Part shown: positions 8,450-17,075 of the stretch, piece by piece
Position numbering within the stretch: position 1 is the stretch's first letter
How the letters are laid out: each line of letters begins with the position of its first letter
Assembly (NCBI GenBank): GCA_963696395.1
Contig: CAVOJZ010000002.1
Span: 495,317-559,316, forward strand
Length of the DNA: 64,000 nucleotides
Reading direction: 5' to 3'
DNA from: an uncultured bacterium
GTDB taxonomy: Bacteria > Patescibacteriota > Minisyncoccia > UBA6257 > 2-01-FULL-56-20
Notes under the pieces: generated by a model
What the model was told of the DNA's origin: nothing
The model's input: only the letters and a program-made list of their open reading frames with translations
Database searches by the model: none
Position numbers and translations under genes: made by a program

Positions 8450-9590
8450 CGCGAATTCAATCTTGAAATGCAACATCTCCGCGGGTGAGAATATCGGTAC
8501 GTCGAATACCAAAAACCCACATAACGGAGATGTCGCACTCGCATTTTACGCGCGACGACCGTGTCGCGCTAGCCCACCTGCTCTTGGTGGGCAAAACACA
8601 GTCATGGATCGCGGACCGGCTTGGCAAGAGTCCGGGTACAATCAGTCGGGAGATCAGGAGGAACCGTGATGATGACGGCGTATATCGCGGCGGCAGCGCC
8701 CATCACAAGACACAATACCGAAGGTTTGCTGCCAAAGAACCGTCGCAGAAATTGAAGCATGATCGAACGCTCCGCCGCCATGTCATGCGAAAACTCAAGC
8801 ACTATTGGTCGCCCGAACAGATCGCGGGACGTTTGCAGCGAATGACGAAACACACCGTCGTCTCCCATGAGACGATTTACCAGTTCGTATACCGCGACCG
8901 GTCGGACCTCAAAAAATATCTGCGGTATCAAAAGGGAAAGTGGCGCAGGAGGCGTGGCACGAACACGAGGAAAGCCAAGCGGAACGCATTGAAAATCAGG
9001 CGAATCGAAGAACGCCCACCGGTGGTTGAGGAGCGCAGGCGAATCGGCGACTGGGAAGGCGATACGATTCTTGACCGCACCAAAAAGCAACGGATGCTCA
9101 CCCACGTCGATCGGGCGAGTGGTTTTGGTGCGGCGGACAAAGTCGAAAAAGTCACTGCGGAGAACGTACATGCGATCACGCGCGATCGGTTCAAAAAGAT
9201 CCCGAAGAAAAAGCGGCACACCATGACACGTGACAACGGTCCTGAGTTCGGCGATTACGATCGTTTGCTTGAAAAAGATATTGATATTACCGTCTACCGC
9301 GCGACGCCCTATCACTCTTGGGAACGCGGATCGAATGAGAATTGGAACGGCCTGCTCCGGCAATTCTTTCCAAAAGGTATGGATTTTGCTATCGTGAAAC
9401 AATCCGATATCGACCGAGTCGTCCGACTGCTCAATGACCGTCCGAGAAAACGGCTCGGCTATCTCACTCCACGAGAGGTGTTCAATGGTCGTTGCGATTC
9501 AAACTAGAATTCAGGGTTGCAAAACACGTTAACCCTGACACAATTACCGAGGCGAAAGTTTCTCGGGTCGATAGGGAGTTTCTCTTGAAT
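8450..9590 (+). mobile_element. IS30-family element (boundaries approximate, inverted repeats not resolved)
   Basis: transposase gene 8530-9507. Only weak ATTCAA-containing candidate ends near 8455 and 9585. Confidence 0.35.
8530..9507 (+). CDS. IS30-family transposase
   Basis: HTH_38-like N-terminus (DRVALAHLLLVGKTQSWIADRLGKSPGTISREIRRN), GDWEGDTI and TRDNGPEF DDE motifs. Start taken at MSHSH (ATG 8530). Confidence 0.8.
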   Translation: MSHSHFTRDDRVALAHLLLVGKTQSWIADRLGKSPGTISREIRRNRDDDGVYRGGSAHHKTQYRRFAAKEPSQKLKHDRTLRRHVMRKLKHYWSPEQIAGRLQRMTKHTVVSHETIYQFVYRDRSDLKKYLRYQKGKWRRRRGTNTRKAKRNALKIRRIEERPPVVEERRRIGDWEGDTILDRTKKQRMLTHVDRASGFGAADKVEKVTAENVHAITRDRFKKIPKKKRHTMTRDNGPEFGDYDRLLEKDIDITVYRATPYHSWERGSNENWNGLLRQFFPKGMDFAIVKQSDIDRVVRLLNDRPRKRLGYLTPREVFNGRCDSN

Positions 9591-10061
9591 CGAGGTCCGG
9601 ATAAAGGAACGCGCTACGAAGGCGAGACGGTCAGCATCATCGCCGAACAATTGTTGATCCTTGACGGAAAGGGTGAGTCGCTCGCTTCTGTCGGAGGGTT
9701 CCGCATCGAAGTTATCGACAACCGAGCAAAAAAAGCTGCTGCGCCGCGGTGGAAAAGATTCTGGATGGATTCTGAAACAGAAAAATACGTACAGAACCCC
9801 CTTACCATCGAAGAAGCCCTTGAGGGCTTGCGGGAAAGAGGAGTTTTGGATCAAGCTGTGTTCGTCCTCTCGTTTATCAAAGATCTATACTACCTGTGGG
9901 ACGACCCCATTTGCAAAAGGATCGGACACCTTGTTCTCTATAAGCCTCCGAAAGATTTTACGCTTCCTGGCTGGCTTGAAGAAGAAGAACGGCGTGAGCG
10001 CGAGCAGATCCAGCAGACAATCGACACTATCGATGCAGAAGCGACGGCTCCTGTTAGCTGA
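9492..10061 (+). CDS. hypothetical protein (start uncertain, overlaps the IS30 transposase 3' end)
   Basis: 189-aa ORF followed by a terminator-like hairpin. Confidence 0.3.
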   Translation: MRFKLEFRVAKHVNPDTITEAKVSRVDREFLLNRGPDKGTRYEGETVSIIAEQLLILDGKGESLASVGGFRIEVIDNRAKKAAAPRWKRFWMDSETEKYVQNPLTIEEALEGLRERGVLDQAVFVLSFIKDLYYLWDDPICKRIGHLVLYKPPKDFTLPGWLEEEERREREQIQQTIDTIDAEATAPVS

Positions 10062-10127
10062 TCCTTGGATCAACGAACAACCCGGCGGGCGTAGAGCAAT
10101 CTATGTCCGCCTTTTTCTTTATTAAGA

Positions 10128-10164
10128 TCTCTCCACCGCATAGCCCTTGATTTCAGAGCGGGTT
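10128..10164 (+). repeat. att-like repeat copy 1 (tctccaccgcatagcccttgatttcaGAGCGGGTT). ~90% identical over 37 nt to copy 2
   Basis: near-identical 37-41-nt repeat at 11835-11875. Shares the core with 6233, 12424 and the tRNA-Gly-like 3' end. Confidence 0.6.
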
Positions 10165-10200
10165 GGTGGCGGGGTTTTAATGATCGAGAAATGTTGAGGA

Positions 10201-10233
10201 ATAAAAAGAGCCGCCCTCGTAAAGACGGGCGGC
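10201..10233 (-). terminator. rho-independent terminator for the minus-strand gene 10238-10867
   Basis: gccgccc...cgggcggc hairpin (10210-10233) followed on the minus strand by TCTTTTT. Confidence 0.55.
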
Positions 10234-10237
10234 ATTG

Positions 10238-10867
10238 CTATTTCGTAACGAGCCAGGCACGTGACCAGATACGGTAAACGCCATAGTACTCGTTTTCCAT
10301 CATGAAACCGAAAGCCAGCTCTTCGCGTTCGTAGTCGCCATCTCCTCCAAAGAGGCCGTAAAGGCCTCTGTTATTGAAGCACGATGTGCCCCAGCGCTTC
10401 ATTTCCGATTCGATGAAAGCATGGAATGCTTCGAGGATGGTGACTTGCTGTTCAGGATATCGTTCGTACTCACTTTCTGTTATGGCTCCGAACATATGGC
10501 GCAAGCCGAACCTTTTTACGATCCGCATCTGGACAAGATAGCCGTCTTCACCGGGCGACGGGGACTCGGCGGTAAAAATAGCATAGCGTTTCTCGTCAGT
10601 TGTTACTTCGAGCAATCGAAGCAGGGCGTCGAAATCTGCTTTGGCGATCCTATTGCCAAAATAAATCGTACCACCACTTGCTTCCTGTGGCGGCGCACTC
10701 TTGAACGGATCTTTTCCGAAACGGTCTTGATAACCGTAAACTCCGCTACCGTACGGTGCACATTGAGAGAGATCGCCGGGTTGAACTTCGAGCGTGCAGT
10801 TAGGCCAGATCGGAGGCGATACACTGACCCGATCGCCAAGATTGAATACGAGTCGTGTTGGTGGCAT
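10238..10867 (-). CDS. hypothetical protein (cassette gene)
   Basis: 209-aa ORF, no recognisable domain. Confidence 0.4.
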   Translation of the reverse strand: MPPTRLVFNLGDRVSVSPPIWPNCTLEVQPGDLSQCAPYGSGVYGYQDRFGKDPFKSAPPQEASGGTIYFGNRIAKADFDALLRLLEVTTDEKRYAIFTAESPSPGEDGYLVQMRIVKRFGLRHMFGAITESEYERYPEQQVTILEAFHAFIESEMKRWGTSCFNNRGLYGLFGGDGDYEREELAFGFMMENEYYGVYRIWSRAWLVTK

Positions 10868-10997
10868 ACATTCTCCTTACAAAGAGCGATATTCCAATCG
10901 TTTCTACGCCGCAATTATATCCTTTGACAATCGCTCCGTCAAGAAATACAATATCGGCAGCTATCACGAGATAAAAAATGTATAAACAGGAGCGGCT

Positions 10998-11780
10998 ATG
11001 GAGAAAGCAGCAAACAAGGCAATCGGACTTCTCGTCGGCCTCTACCGCCGAATCGCAGATCTCACACAAAAGGACTTAGCAAAGCATTCGGGAGTCGATG
11101 TGAGCAAGATCGCAATGGTTGAATCAGGATTGCGCGCACTAGGGACGGATCGTCATGCTCTAGCTGAGGCGCTCAAGATATCCGCTCTTGGCAAAGAAGA
11201 ACTCGATGTTTTAGCGAATGGATGGTTCGGTATCCCTCAGGCTGATTTTCTGACCCCTGAAGATGTTTTGACCGGAACGCCATTGTTCGTGAGAGGTTTG
11301 TCAGAAGAATTTTCCAATCAGCGGACCAATTTCGATGCCGTTTGGATCGTGACTTCGGGCGATCTCTTGCGTAACCCAGCACTTCAGTCGTTCATTGAGC
11401 AGCGGGTTAAAAAGACGCGGTTTGTATTTTTCATCGCGTCGGATTCCTTATCTCTCGACAGCATTATACTGTTGAGGAATCGGATCATCAAAGAATGCCG
11501 CGTTTCAAAAAAGTGCCTGGATCAGAACCTTCTTTTAATAAAAGTTCCTCCGGCAGTATGTTTACAGGACATGGTGATCTATGACCCGGGCAAAAGCTGT
11601 TGTATGTTTGGACGGATCATCATACGCCTTCAGTTTCCGTGCGGAACATTCGCCATGGATCCATCGCAGCTGATCAGAGTTTATAACGCATTTGGACTTA
11701 TCCTCATGCAGGTCGAGACGAGACCCGGAGTCCATGTCGAGACTTCAGCTGGAGGGTCTATGTTATTGCCCTCTGCGTAG
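10998..11780 (+). CDS. XRE-family HTH protein with an uncharacterised C-terminal domain
   Basis: HTH_XRE-like segment LTQKDLAKHSGVDVSKIAMVESG near the N-terminus. Confidence 0.45.
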   Translation: MEKAANKAIGLLVGLYRRIADLTQKDLAKHSGVDVSKIAMVESGLRALGTDRHALAEALKISALGKEELDVLANGWFGIPQADFLTPEDVLTGTPLFVRGLSEEFSNQRTNFDAVWIVTSGDLLRNPALQSFIEQRVKKTRFVFFIASDSLSLDSIILLRNRIIKECRVSKKCLDQNLLLIKVPPAVCLQDMVIYDPGKSCCMFGRIIIRLQFPCGTFAMDPSQLIRVYNAFGLILMQVETRPGVHVETSAGGSMLLPSA

Positions 11781-11834
11781 CTTTATCGGTTTGGCCGCGA
11801 CAGAAATGTCGTGGCCTTTTATTTATCTAAAATT

Positions 11835-11875
11835 TCTCCACCGTATAGCCCTTGATTTCTGAGCGGGTTAGTCAA
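11835..11875 (+). repeat. att-like repeat copy 2 (tctccaccgtatagcccttgatttctGAGCGGGTTagtcaa)
   Basis: see copy 1. The 3' part (GAGCGGGTTAGTCAA) is shared with copy 3. Confidence 0.6.
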
Positions 11876-11948
11876 CGACGTTCGTACCTGTTTTCTTTTG
11901 GAAAGAGCTAGGAAATTCAGCATTCCCAATTTTGCGTAGTGGACAATG

Positions 11949-12371
11949 CTAGAACTCCGATGTCACTGTTCCCGTCATCTTATCAACGGTGTACCAATTA
12001 AACGTGGCGTCATGATCGGACATGCTTTCGTACGCGTGCACCACATACGTACTTGTCGTTTCTGAATCAATTTCGATTACCGGAACACCGCCGGTCTTGG
12101 GACTTGTTTCGTTCGGGCCAGTGAATTGTGCCATCCACTGCTTAACGTCAGGCAGATTATTTACAAGGGCGATGGCTTCGCTTGTGCTATTAACCGGAGT
12201 TGCGAATGCCGTACTCGAGACGTTACTGCTTATAGGTGTTGGTGCAACGCTTAGAAGATTTTGCGACGATGGTTGGGTTTGGGTTGTCACATAATACCAA
12301 ACTCCACCTGCAACTAATGCCGCTAATACGATAATTCCGACACCGACCAAAAAAGGAATCTCCCTCTTCAT
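11949..12371 (-). CDS. membrane-anchored secreted hypothetical protein
   Basis: N-terminal TM/signal anchor, Ser/Thr-rich linker. Confidence 0.4.
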   Translation of the reverse strand: MKREIPFLVGVGIIVLAALVAGGVWYYVTTQTQPSSQNLLSVAPTPISSNVSSTAFATPVNSTSEAIALVNNLPDVKQWMAQFTGPNETSPKTGGVPVIEIDSETTSTYVVHAYESMSDHDATFNWYTVDKMTGTVTSEF

Positions 12372-12423
12372 AATTCAAGTTTAACACAATAGTGATTCCC
12401 GCCACCGAAATAGGAAGTCACTG

Positions 12424-12438
12424 GAGCGGGTTAGTCAA
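12424..12438 (+). repeat. att-like repeat copy 3 (GAGCGGGTTAGTCAA), followed by tandem gatgtccgga x2
   Basis: 15-nt identity with copy 2. Confidence 0.5.
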
Positions 12439-12474
12439 TGATGTCCGGAGATGTCCGGACCTATGGGAGAAAAA

Positions 12475-12864
12475 CTAGTTCACGCTGTTTATCGTCTTTT
12501 CCATCACGTCAATTGCTTCCCCGACAGTAATAGAATATACCCCAGCGCTACCTTTTTTAAAAGCATCGCACCACATTTCATATTCTTCAGCAAAATCAGG
12601 CAACGGAACATTTTCCTGTAACATTGCAATTACACTTCTTGAAATAGCCTCTTCTGAGAAAGGTGCGTGTTGAATGATTTTAGTAATTCCTTCGGGCGCA
12701 TTTTTATTTAAAACTCGTAATCCCTGAATCGCAACATGAACAATATTCCCAAGCTTTTCACGGGAATCAACCTTAAGAATCGTAAGCGTAGAATTTTCCT
12801 CGTTAAGTCGAGCTTTATAACTCCAGATTTGACCAGCTGCGTAAATACTCTTTTTGTCAATCAC
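12475..12864 (-). CDS. hypothetical protein (cassette gene)
   Basis: 129-aa ORF. Confidence 0.4.
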   Translation of the reverse strand: MIDKKSIYAAGQIWSYKARLNEENSTLTILKVDSREKLGNIVHVAIQGLRVLNKNAPEGITKIIQHAPFSEEAISRSVIAMLQENVPLPDFAEEYEMWCDAFKKGSAGVYSITVGEAIDVMEKTINSVN

Positions 12865-12896
12865 TCTTAAAGTTTAACAAAATGAAGTGTCGCTGA

Positions 12897-12966
12897 GCGG
12901 GTAAGGGGAGTCGGACCCCTGTCAACAGGTTGGAAACCTGTGGTAATGCCGTTATACGATACCCGC
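12897..12966 (-). tRNA. tRNA-Gly(TCC)-like, possibly functional with an atypical T-loop TCCGACT, or a degenerate att-site tRNA
   Basis: Minus-strand cloverleaf: acceptor GCGGGTA/TACCCGC, anticodon stem ACAGG/CCTGT with loop TTTCCAA (anticodon UCC), T-stem AGGGG/CCCCT, discriminator U. A C at T-loop position 55 is also seen in the tRNA-His of this window. Confidence 0.5.
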
Positions 12967-13069
12967 GGCCGAGCGCGCCGTTCGCGCGATGGTTTCTATT
13001 GTATATTGTTCGCGTGTGATTCTCAACCTTGCTTTTTACCCCTGATTTTGATAGAAATAGTGTAATCAA

Positions 13070-13666
13070 ATGACTAAAGTTTCGCGTCGTACCAAGGCCG
13101 TTGTGGTCTTTATTGTTCTCGTGGTTGTCGGCTACGCGATCGCCGTTTTTTGGGGAAACCGGAATCAGGTTCCGGTTGCGTTCACGAATGCGCGATTGCA
13201 GGGAGCCCTTATTTCGGAAAGCATAGTGGGCATCTCTAATTCCTCAACGGCCGAATTGGCGGCAATCAGCAAGGACGACCAAAGTGGGAATTACACCGAC
13301 GCACTCACACTCACGACAAATCTGATAAACCAGAGCCAGGACCTGCGCGATCAGGCGGTCAGTTTGTCGAATCAGATCGGAATCATGACGCAGTCATTGT
13401 CCTCAATCAACAACTTCAATGCCCAGCAGGCCGCACTCGAATCGATCTCGAGTCGGCTCGCGCTCATCAACCAGTTGATCAATTACAGCGGCGACCTCGA
13501 TCATCTGCTTGGCGTTTTGCAGACACGATTCTCCGGAAAATATGTTCCTGCGGGAACGGTGCAGGGGATCGTGAACCAGATCAACACGGACGTGAACGCG
13601 ATCAACAATTTCAACGCGCAGGGAACGGCAGCGATGGATCAATTTGATAAGATAGTCAAAGACTAG
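13070..13666 (+). CDS. membrane-anchored hypothetical protein
   Basis: N-terminal TM helix, N/Q/S-rich extracytoplasmic region. Confidence 0.4.
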   Translation: MTKVSRRTKAVVVFIVLVVVGYAIAVFWGNRNQVPVAFTNARLQGALISESIVGISNSSTAELAAISKDDQSGNYTDALTLTTNLINQSQDLRDQAVSLSNQIGIMTQSLSSINNFNAQQAALESISSRLALINQLINYSGDLDHLLGVLQTRFSGKYVPAGTVQGIVNQINTDVNAINNFNAQGTAAMDQFDKIVKD

Positions 13667-13714
13667 AACTAGCAATCGTCTTAAAACTGGCAGCGAGGTA
13701 AAATGGAAGCGTAT

Positions 13715-13786
13715 GGGCGTGTAGCTCAATGGTAGAGCAGACGTCTTATACACGTCCGGTTCCAGGTTCGAGTCCTGGCACGCCCA
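13715..13786 (+). tRNA. tRNA-Ile (anticodon TAT/UAU), no encoded CCA
   Basis: acceptor GGGCGTG/CACGCCC, D-arm GCTC-AATGGTA-GAGC, anticodon stem GACGT/ACGTC with loop CTTATAC, T-arm CCAGG-TTCGAGT-CCTGG, discriminator A. Confidence 0.7.
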
Positions 13787-13845
13787 CAAAGGACGCCCAT
13801 ACGCTTCCATTTTCACCGAGTGAACCAGTTTTATGGGCGAAGCCC

Positions 13846-13888
13846 ATATACACGTCCGGTTCCAGGTTCGAGTCCTGGCACGCCCACA
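13846..13888 (+). repeat. direct repeat of the 3' 41-43 nt of tRNA-Ile (anticodon loop to discriminator), a truncated tRNA copy / att-site scar
   Basis: atacacgtccggttccaggttcgagtcctggcacgcccaca is identical to 13748-13788. Preceded by palindrome tatgggcgaagcccata. Confidence 0.7.
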
Positions 13889-13904
13889 TTCCCGACTAAG
13901 GAAA

Positions 13905-13935
13905 AATAAAAAACCCCCAAGAGGGGATTTTTTAT
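13905..13935. terminator. bidirectional rho-independent terminator (A-tract, short GC hairpin, T-tract)
   Basis: aaaaaacccccaagaggggatttttta between the tRNA locus and the convergent minus-strand gene. Confidence 0.5.
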
Positions 13936-13949
13936 AATCCGAAGCGTTG

Positions 13950-14177
13950 TTATTTTGCCATCGGCATTCCTGATCCTGACGTGCAGGTCTTGCAGCGGCT
14001 GCCATGGGTAATTGCTTCGTAGATCGCAGCGAGGCCGATAAGAATGTAGATGATCATTGAAAGGGTCGTTCCGGCCCCGAAAATGACGCTCACCAAATTC
14101 CATCCAAAAGCGAAAAGAAGCCAATTCAAACCGCCAACGATAACAAGGATAAACGCGATAATGTGAAGTGCTTTCAT
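13950..14177 (-). CDS. DUF378-family small membrane protein
   Basis: 75 aa, motif GGLNWLLFAFGWNLV typical of DUF378. Confidence 0.5.
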   Translation of the reverse strand: MKALHIIAFILVIVGGLNWLLFAFGWNLVSVIFGAGTTLSMIIYILIGLAAIYEAITHGSRCKTCTSGSGMPMAK

Positions 14178-14223
14178 GTGGGGGAAAATACTATCTTTTC
14201 GACCTTTTCTTTATTATACCAGA

Positions 14224-16098
14224 TTAAGCCGAAATGGGCTTAATCTTGAAAGGCTTCAGAATATCCACAAATTCGTCTTGTTCGATGGTTTCCTTCTGTA
14301 TAAGAGTATCCGCAATCTTCTTGAGTGCGACTCTGTGCCCCTTGAGGATTTTTTCGGCGATTTGGTAGGCGTGGTCAATAAAACCCCTGACTTCTTTGTC
14401 GATCTCCGCCGCGACATGTTCGGAGTAGTCCCGTTCCGAAGAAATTTCCCGTCCAAGGAAGATCATGTCTTCGGTCTTGCCAAAGGTCATCGGGCCGAGA
14501 TTGCTCATGCCGTATTTTGTGACGAGCCGGCGTGCAAGGTCGGATGCCTGTTTGAGGTCGTTCGATGCGCCGGTTGATACGTCGCCAAATATCAATTTTT
14601 CGGAGGCGTAGCCGCCCATCATCATGGCAAGATCGGCGAGGAACTGCTGTTTGGTTTTGAGATGCTGATCTTCGGTGGGAAGTTTCATGGTGTACCCGCC
14701 GGCAAATCCACGGCTGATAATCGAAATTTTTTGTACTGGATCGGCGTCTTTCACGCCAACCGCAACGAGCGCATGTCCGCCCTCATGATATGCGGTGATT
14801 TCTTTCTCGCGCGGCGAGATGACGCGGCTGCGTCGCTCGGGGCCGAGGATCACTTTTTCCGCGGCGTCTAAAAATTCCTGCTGGCCGATGATCTTTTTAT
14901 TGAGGCGCGCGGCGCTGATGGCGGCTTCGTTCATGAGGTTTGCGAGGTCGGCCCCCGAGAAGCCCGGAGTGCGGATCGCAACCCGCCGCAAGTCAACATT
15001 CTTTTCAAGCAGTTTTCCTTCGGCGTGGATTTTCAGAATAGCCTCACGGTCGTTCAGATCCGGTAAATCAAGGATGACACGGCGGTCAAAACGACCGGGC
15101 CGGAGGAGTGCCGGATCGAGAATGTCCGGACGGTTCGTTGCCGCGAGTACGATAACGCGGGTGTCGCGGTCGAAACCGTCCATTTCAACAAGGATTTGAT
15201 TGAGCGTTTGTTCGCGCTCGTCATTGCCTCCGCCGAGACCCGCGCCGCGCTGGCGACCAACGGCATCAATTTCGTCGATAAAGAGGATGGCGGGCGACGC
15301 GCGCTTTGCCGTCGTGAAGGCGTCGCGTGTTCGTGAAGCACCGACGCCGACGAACATCTCAACAAACTCGGATGCGGATATATAGAAGAAGGGGACGTTG
15401 CTTTCTCCGGCGACAGCCCGTGCAACAAGCGTCTTGCCGGTACCCGGAGGGCCCATGAGGAGTATGCCTCGCGGGATTCTAGCGCCGAGGTCAAGAAACT
15501 TTTTAGGATTTTTTAAGAAATCCACGACCTCGATGAGTTCCTCTTTCGCTTCTTTGAGCCCGGCAACGTCCCGGAACATCACTTTATCTTTAAAGGTCGA
15601 CAACCGGAGATTCGAGCGGCCGAAATTAAATGCCTGATTAACGCCGCTTCGCGCCTGGCGGAACATGAACCAGAAAAAAATGCCGATCGCAATCAACGAG
15701 AGGAGCGTCGGTGCAAGGATGCCCGCCCAGTATTCCCATCCTGATTGGTTTTGCACCTCCAGATCGACGGCCTGCAAACTGCTCGACGGCACGCCGTAAT
15801 TTGCGAGCGTCTGCGTGATGCCAAGTTCGGTTTCTTTTTGCGACTGCGCAGCCGTACCGTCTTTGTAAGTAATGGCGAGCTGATCCCCGTTCACAATAAT
15901 TTGCTTCACGGTACCGGCGTCGATCTTGTCGGCGAGCTGGCTCAGACTGATTTGCTGTGGCTGGGTTTGAGGACTTACAAAAAATGAAAAAATCAGCGAC
16001 AGCACGATGAGTGTGACGACGGCCCAGATAATATTTTTAGTTAAGTTGGACATATGGTTTGAAGTTATTATTTTATAAAAAATAGCGCGGGCGGTCAA
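14224..16098 (-). CDS. ftsH: ATP-dependent zinc metalloprotease FtsH
   Basis: Walker [10 protein letters not shown], second region of homology, zinc-binding HEGGHA, N-terminal TM segments. Confidence 0.9.
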   Translation of the reverse strand: MTARAIFYKIITSNHMSNLTKNIIWAVVTLIVLSLIFSFFVSPQTQPQQISLSQLADKIDAGTVKQIIVNGDQLAITYKDGTAAQSQKETELGITQTLANYGVPSSSLQAVDLEVQNQSGWEYWAGILAPTLLSLIAIGIFFWFMFRQARSGVNQAFNFGRSNLRLSTFKDKVMFRDVAGLKEAKEELIEVVDFLKNPKKFLDLGARIPRGILLMGPPGTGKTLVARAVAGESNVPFFYISASEFVEMFVGVGASRTRDAFTTAKRASPAILFIDEIDAVGRQRGAGLGGGNDEREQTLNQILVEMDGFDRDTRVIVLAATNRPDILDPALLRPGRFDRRVILDLPDLNDREAILKIHAEGKLLEKNVDLRRVAIRTPGFSGADLANLMNEAAISAARLNKKIIGQQEFLDAAEKVILGPERRSRVISPREKEITAYHEGGHALVAVGVKDADPVQKISIISRGFAGGYTMKLPTEDQHLKTKQQFLADLAMMMGGYASEKLIFGDVSTGASNDLKQASDLARRLVTKYGMSNLGPMTFGKTEDMIFLGREISSERDYSEHVAAEIDKEVRGFIDHAYQIAEKILKGHRVALKKIADTLIQKETIEQDEFVDILKPFKIKPISA

Positions 16099-16745
16099 AC
16101 ATCACTTTCTATACCGGTCGGACTTGGCATATGGGTGCGGCGTCGTTCGAAGAGGCGGCCGATGACTTTGGCGAGCAGATAATCCAGGACGATAAAAAGT
16201 ATGAGCCCGCCCAAGAAAACAAGTTCGAAGTTTTTGAAAGCGGTAATGGTGGAAAGCGGCGAAAGGCCCGCGACGAGTCCGAAAGATAAACCGACGAGCA
16301 CGGGAAGCCAGATGAGGATGGAGAGAATCGAATTTCTGAGAAATTTTTTGAACGGCATTTGCGTCCAGCCAAGAGAGAAAATGACCGGGAAACTCGATGC
16401 ATACACGAACTTTGCGAAGAAGATGAGGATTCCGCCGTTTTTTGCCATGGTCTCCTCCGCCTTCTTGTAGCCGGGGACATGGCTCTTAATCCAGTTCCCG
16501 AATCGCGTATCATGGGTGAACCTGCCAAGGGAATACCACGCCAGGTCGCCGCTTGCGTCAGCGAGGAAAATAATAAGGATGAGAAGCGGAACTCCCCATG
16601 GACCGAAACTCCCTTTTATAACAACCCAGAAACTGACGAAGGCCGAAATGTTGCCGATGAAGATGGTGCCAAGATAAATGATGAAATAAGCCAGGGTAAT
16701 ATTTTGGCTCGCGCCCGCAACCAGGTGGGAAAGAAGTTCGCTCAC
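16095..16745 (-). CDS. polytopic membrane protein (possibly DedA/VTT-like)
   Basis: 216 aa, 5-6 hydrophobic helices. 4-bp overlap with the ftsH start. Confidence 0.4.
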   Translation of the reverse strand: MSELLSHLVAGASQNITLAYFIIYLGTIFIGNISAFVSFWVVIKGSFGPWGVPLLILIIFLADASGDLAWYSLGRFTHDTRFGNWIKSHVPGYKKAEETMAKNGGILIFFAKFVYASSFPVIFSLGWTQMPFKKFLRNSILSILIWLPVLVGLSFGLVAGLSPLSTITAFKNFELVFLGGLILFIVLDYLLAKVIGRLFERRRTHMPSPTGIESDV

Positions 16746-16855
16746 GTTTTCTTAGTATATCAAATAGAACGTTATAGCCGCTTCCTTTGTTAAAGAAATT
16801 GAAAAAAACGGCGAATCGGTGTAGATTAATAGCGATTCGCAGGGGCGAATTTCAT

Positions 16856-16927
16856 GGTGCCTCTAGCTTAATGGTAAAGCTCCGCTCTGTGGCAGCGGCA
16901 ATACGGGTCCGATTCCCGTGAGGCACC
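16856..16927 (+). tRNA. tRNA-His (anticodon GTG) with genome-encoded G-1
   Basis: extra 5' G pairing with discriminator C, acceptor GTGCCTC/GAGGCAC, anticodon loop CTGTGGC, T-loop TCCGATT. Confidence 0.75.
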
Positions 16928-17075
16928 CAAAAAAGCAAATAAAATAACGCAGAAAAGGTTTTTAGGGAGCGAGTCTTCGAGCGATATCCAATTCTCCCAT
17001 GCGGCCATTTTGTTTCGCCCGAGAGCGGGGTATTATTAACGCATGCGGGCTTATAAAAATTAACCTTTTAATCAA

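Noticed and set aside
8485-8529. Upstream extension (MRISVRRIPKTHITE) of the IS30 transposase ORF
   Set aside because: The IS30 transposase N-terminal HTH begins at MSHSH. The extension would start within ~40 bp of the neighbouring IS end.
8602-9402. 266-aa ORF antisense to the IS30 transposase. Similar long antisense ORFs lie opposite glyA (17922-18722), pnp (43614-44465, 44592-45524), htrA (53862-54836), gyrA (24830-25417) and clpB (54833-55378)
   Set aside because: These are shadow ORFs on the strand opposite strongly supported genes. They are Arg/Ser/Cys-rich with no domain signatures.
9500-9600. Candidate IS30 right inverted repeat around 9575-9590 (tcttgaatcg) versus left gaattcaatcttgaaatg
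   Set aside because: The match is weak and gapped (ATTCAA plus GAAA). It is not sufficient to define the element ends without an ISfinder comparison.
13403-14005. 200-aa minus-strand ORF spanning the tRNA-Ile locus
   Set aside because: It overlaps the tRNA gene, its duplicated half and the terminator. The composition is Arg/Cys-rich and unprotein-like, so it is a spurious antisense ORF.
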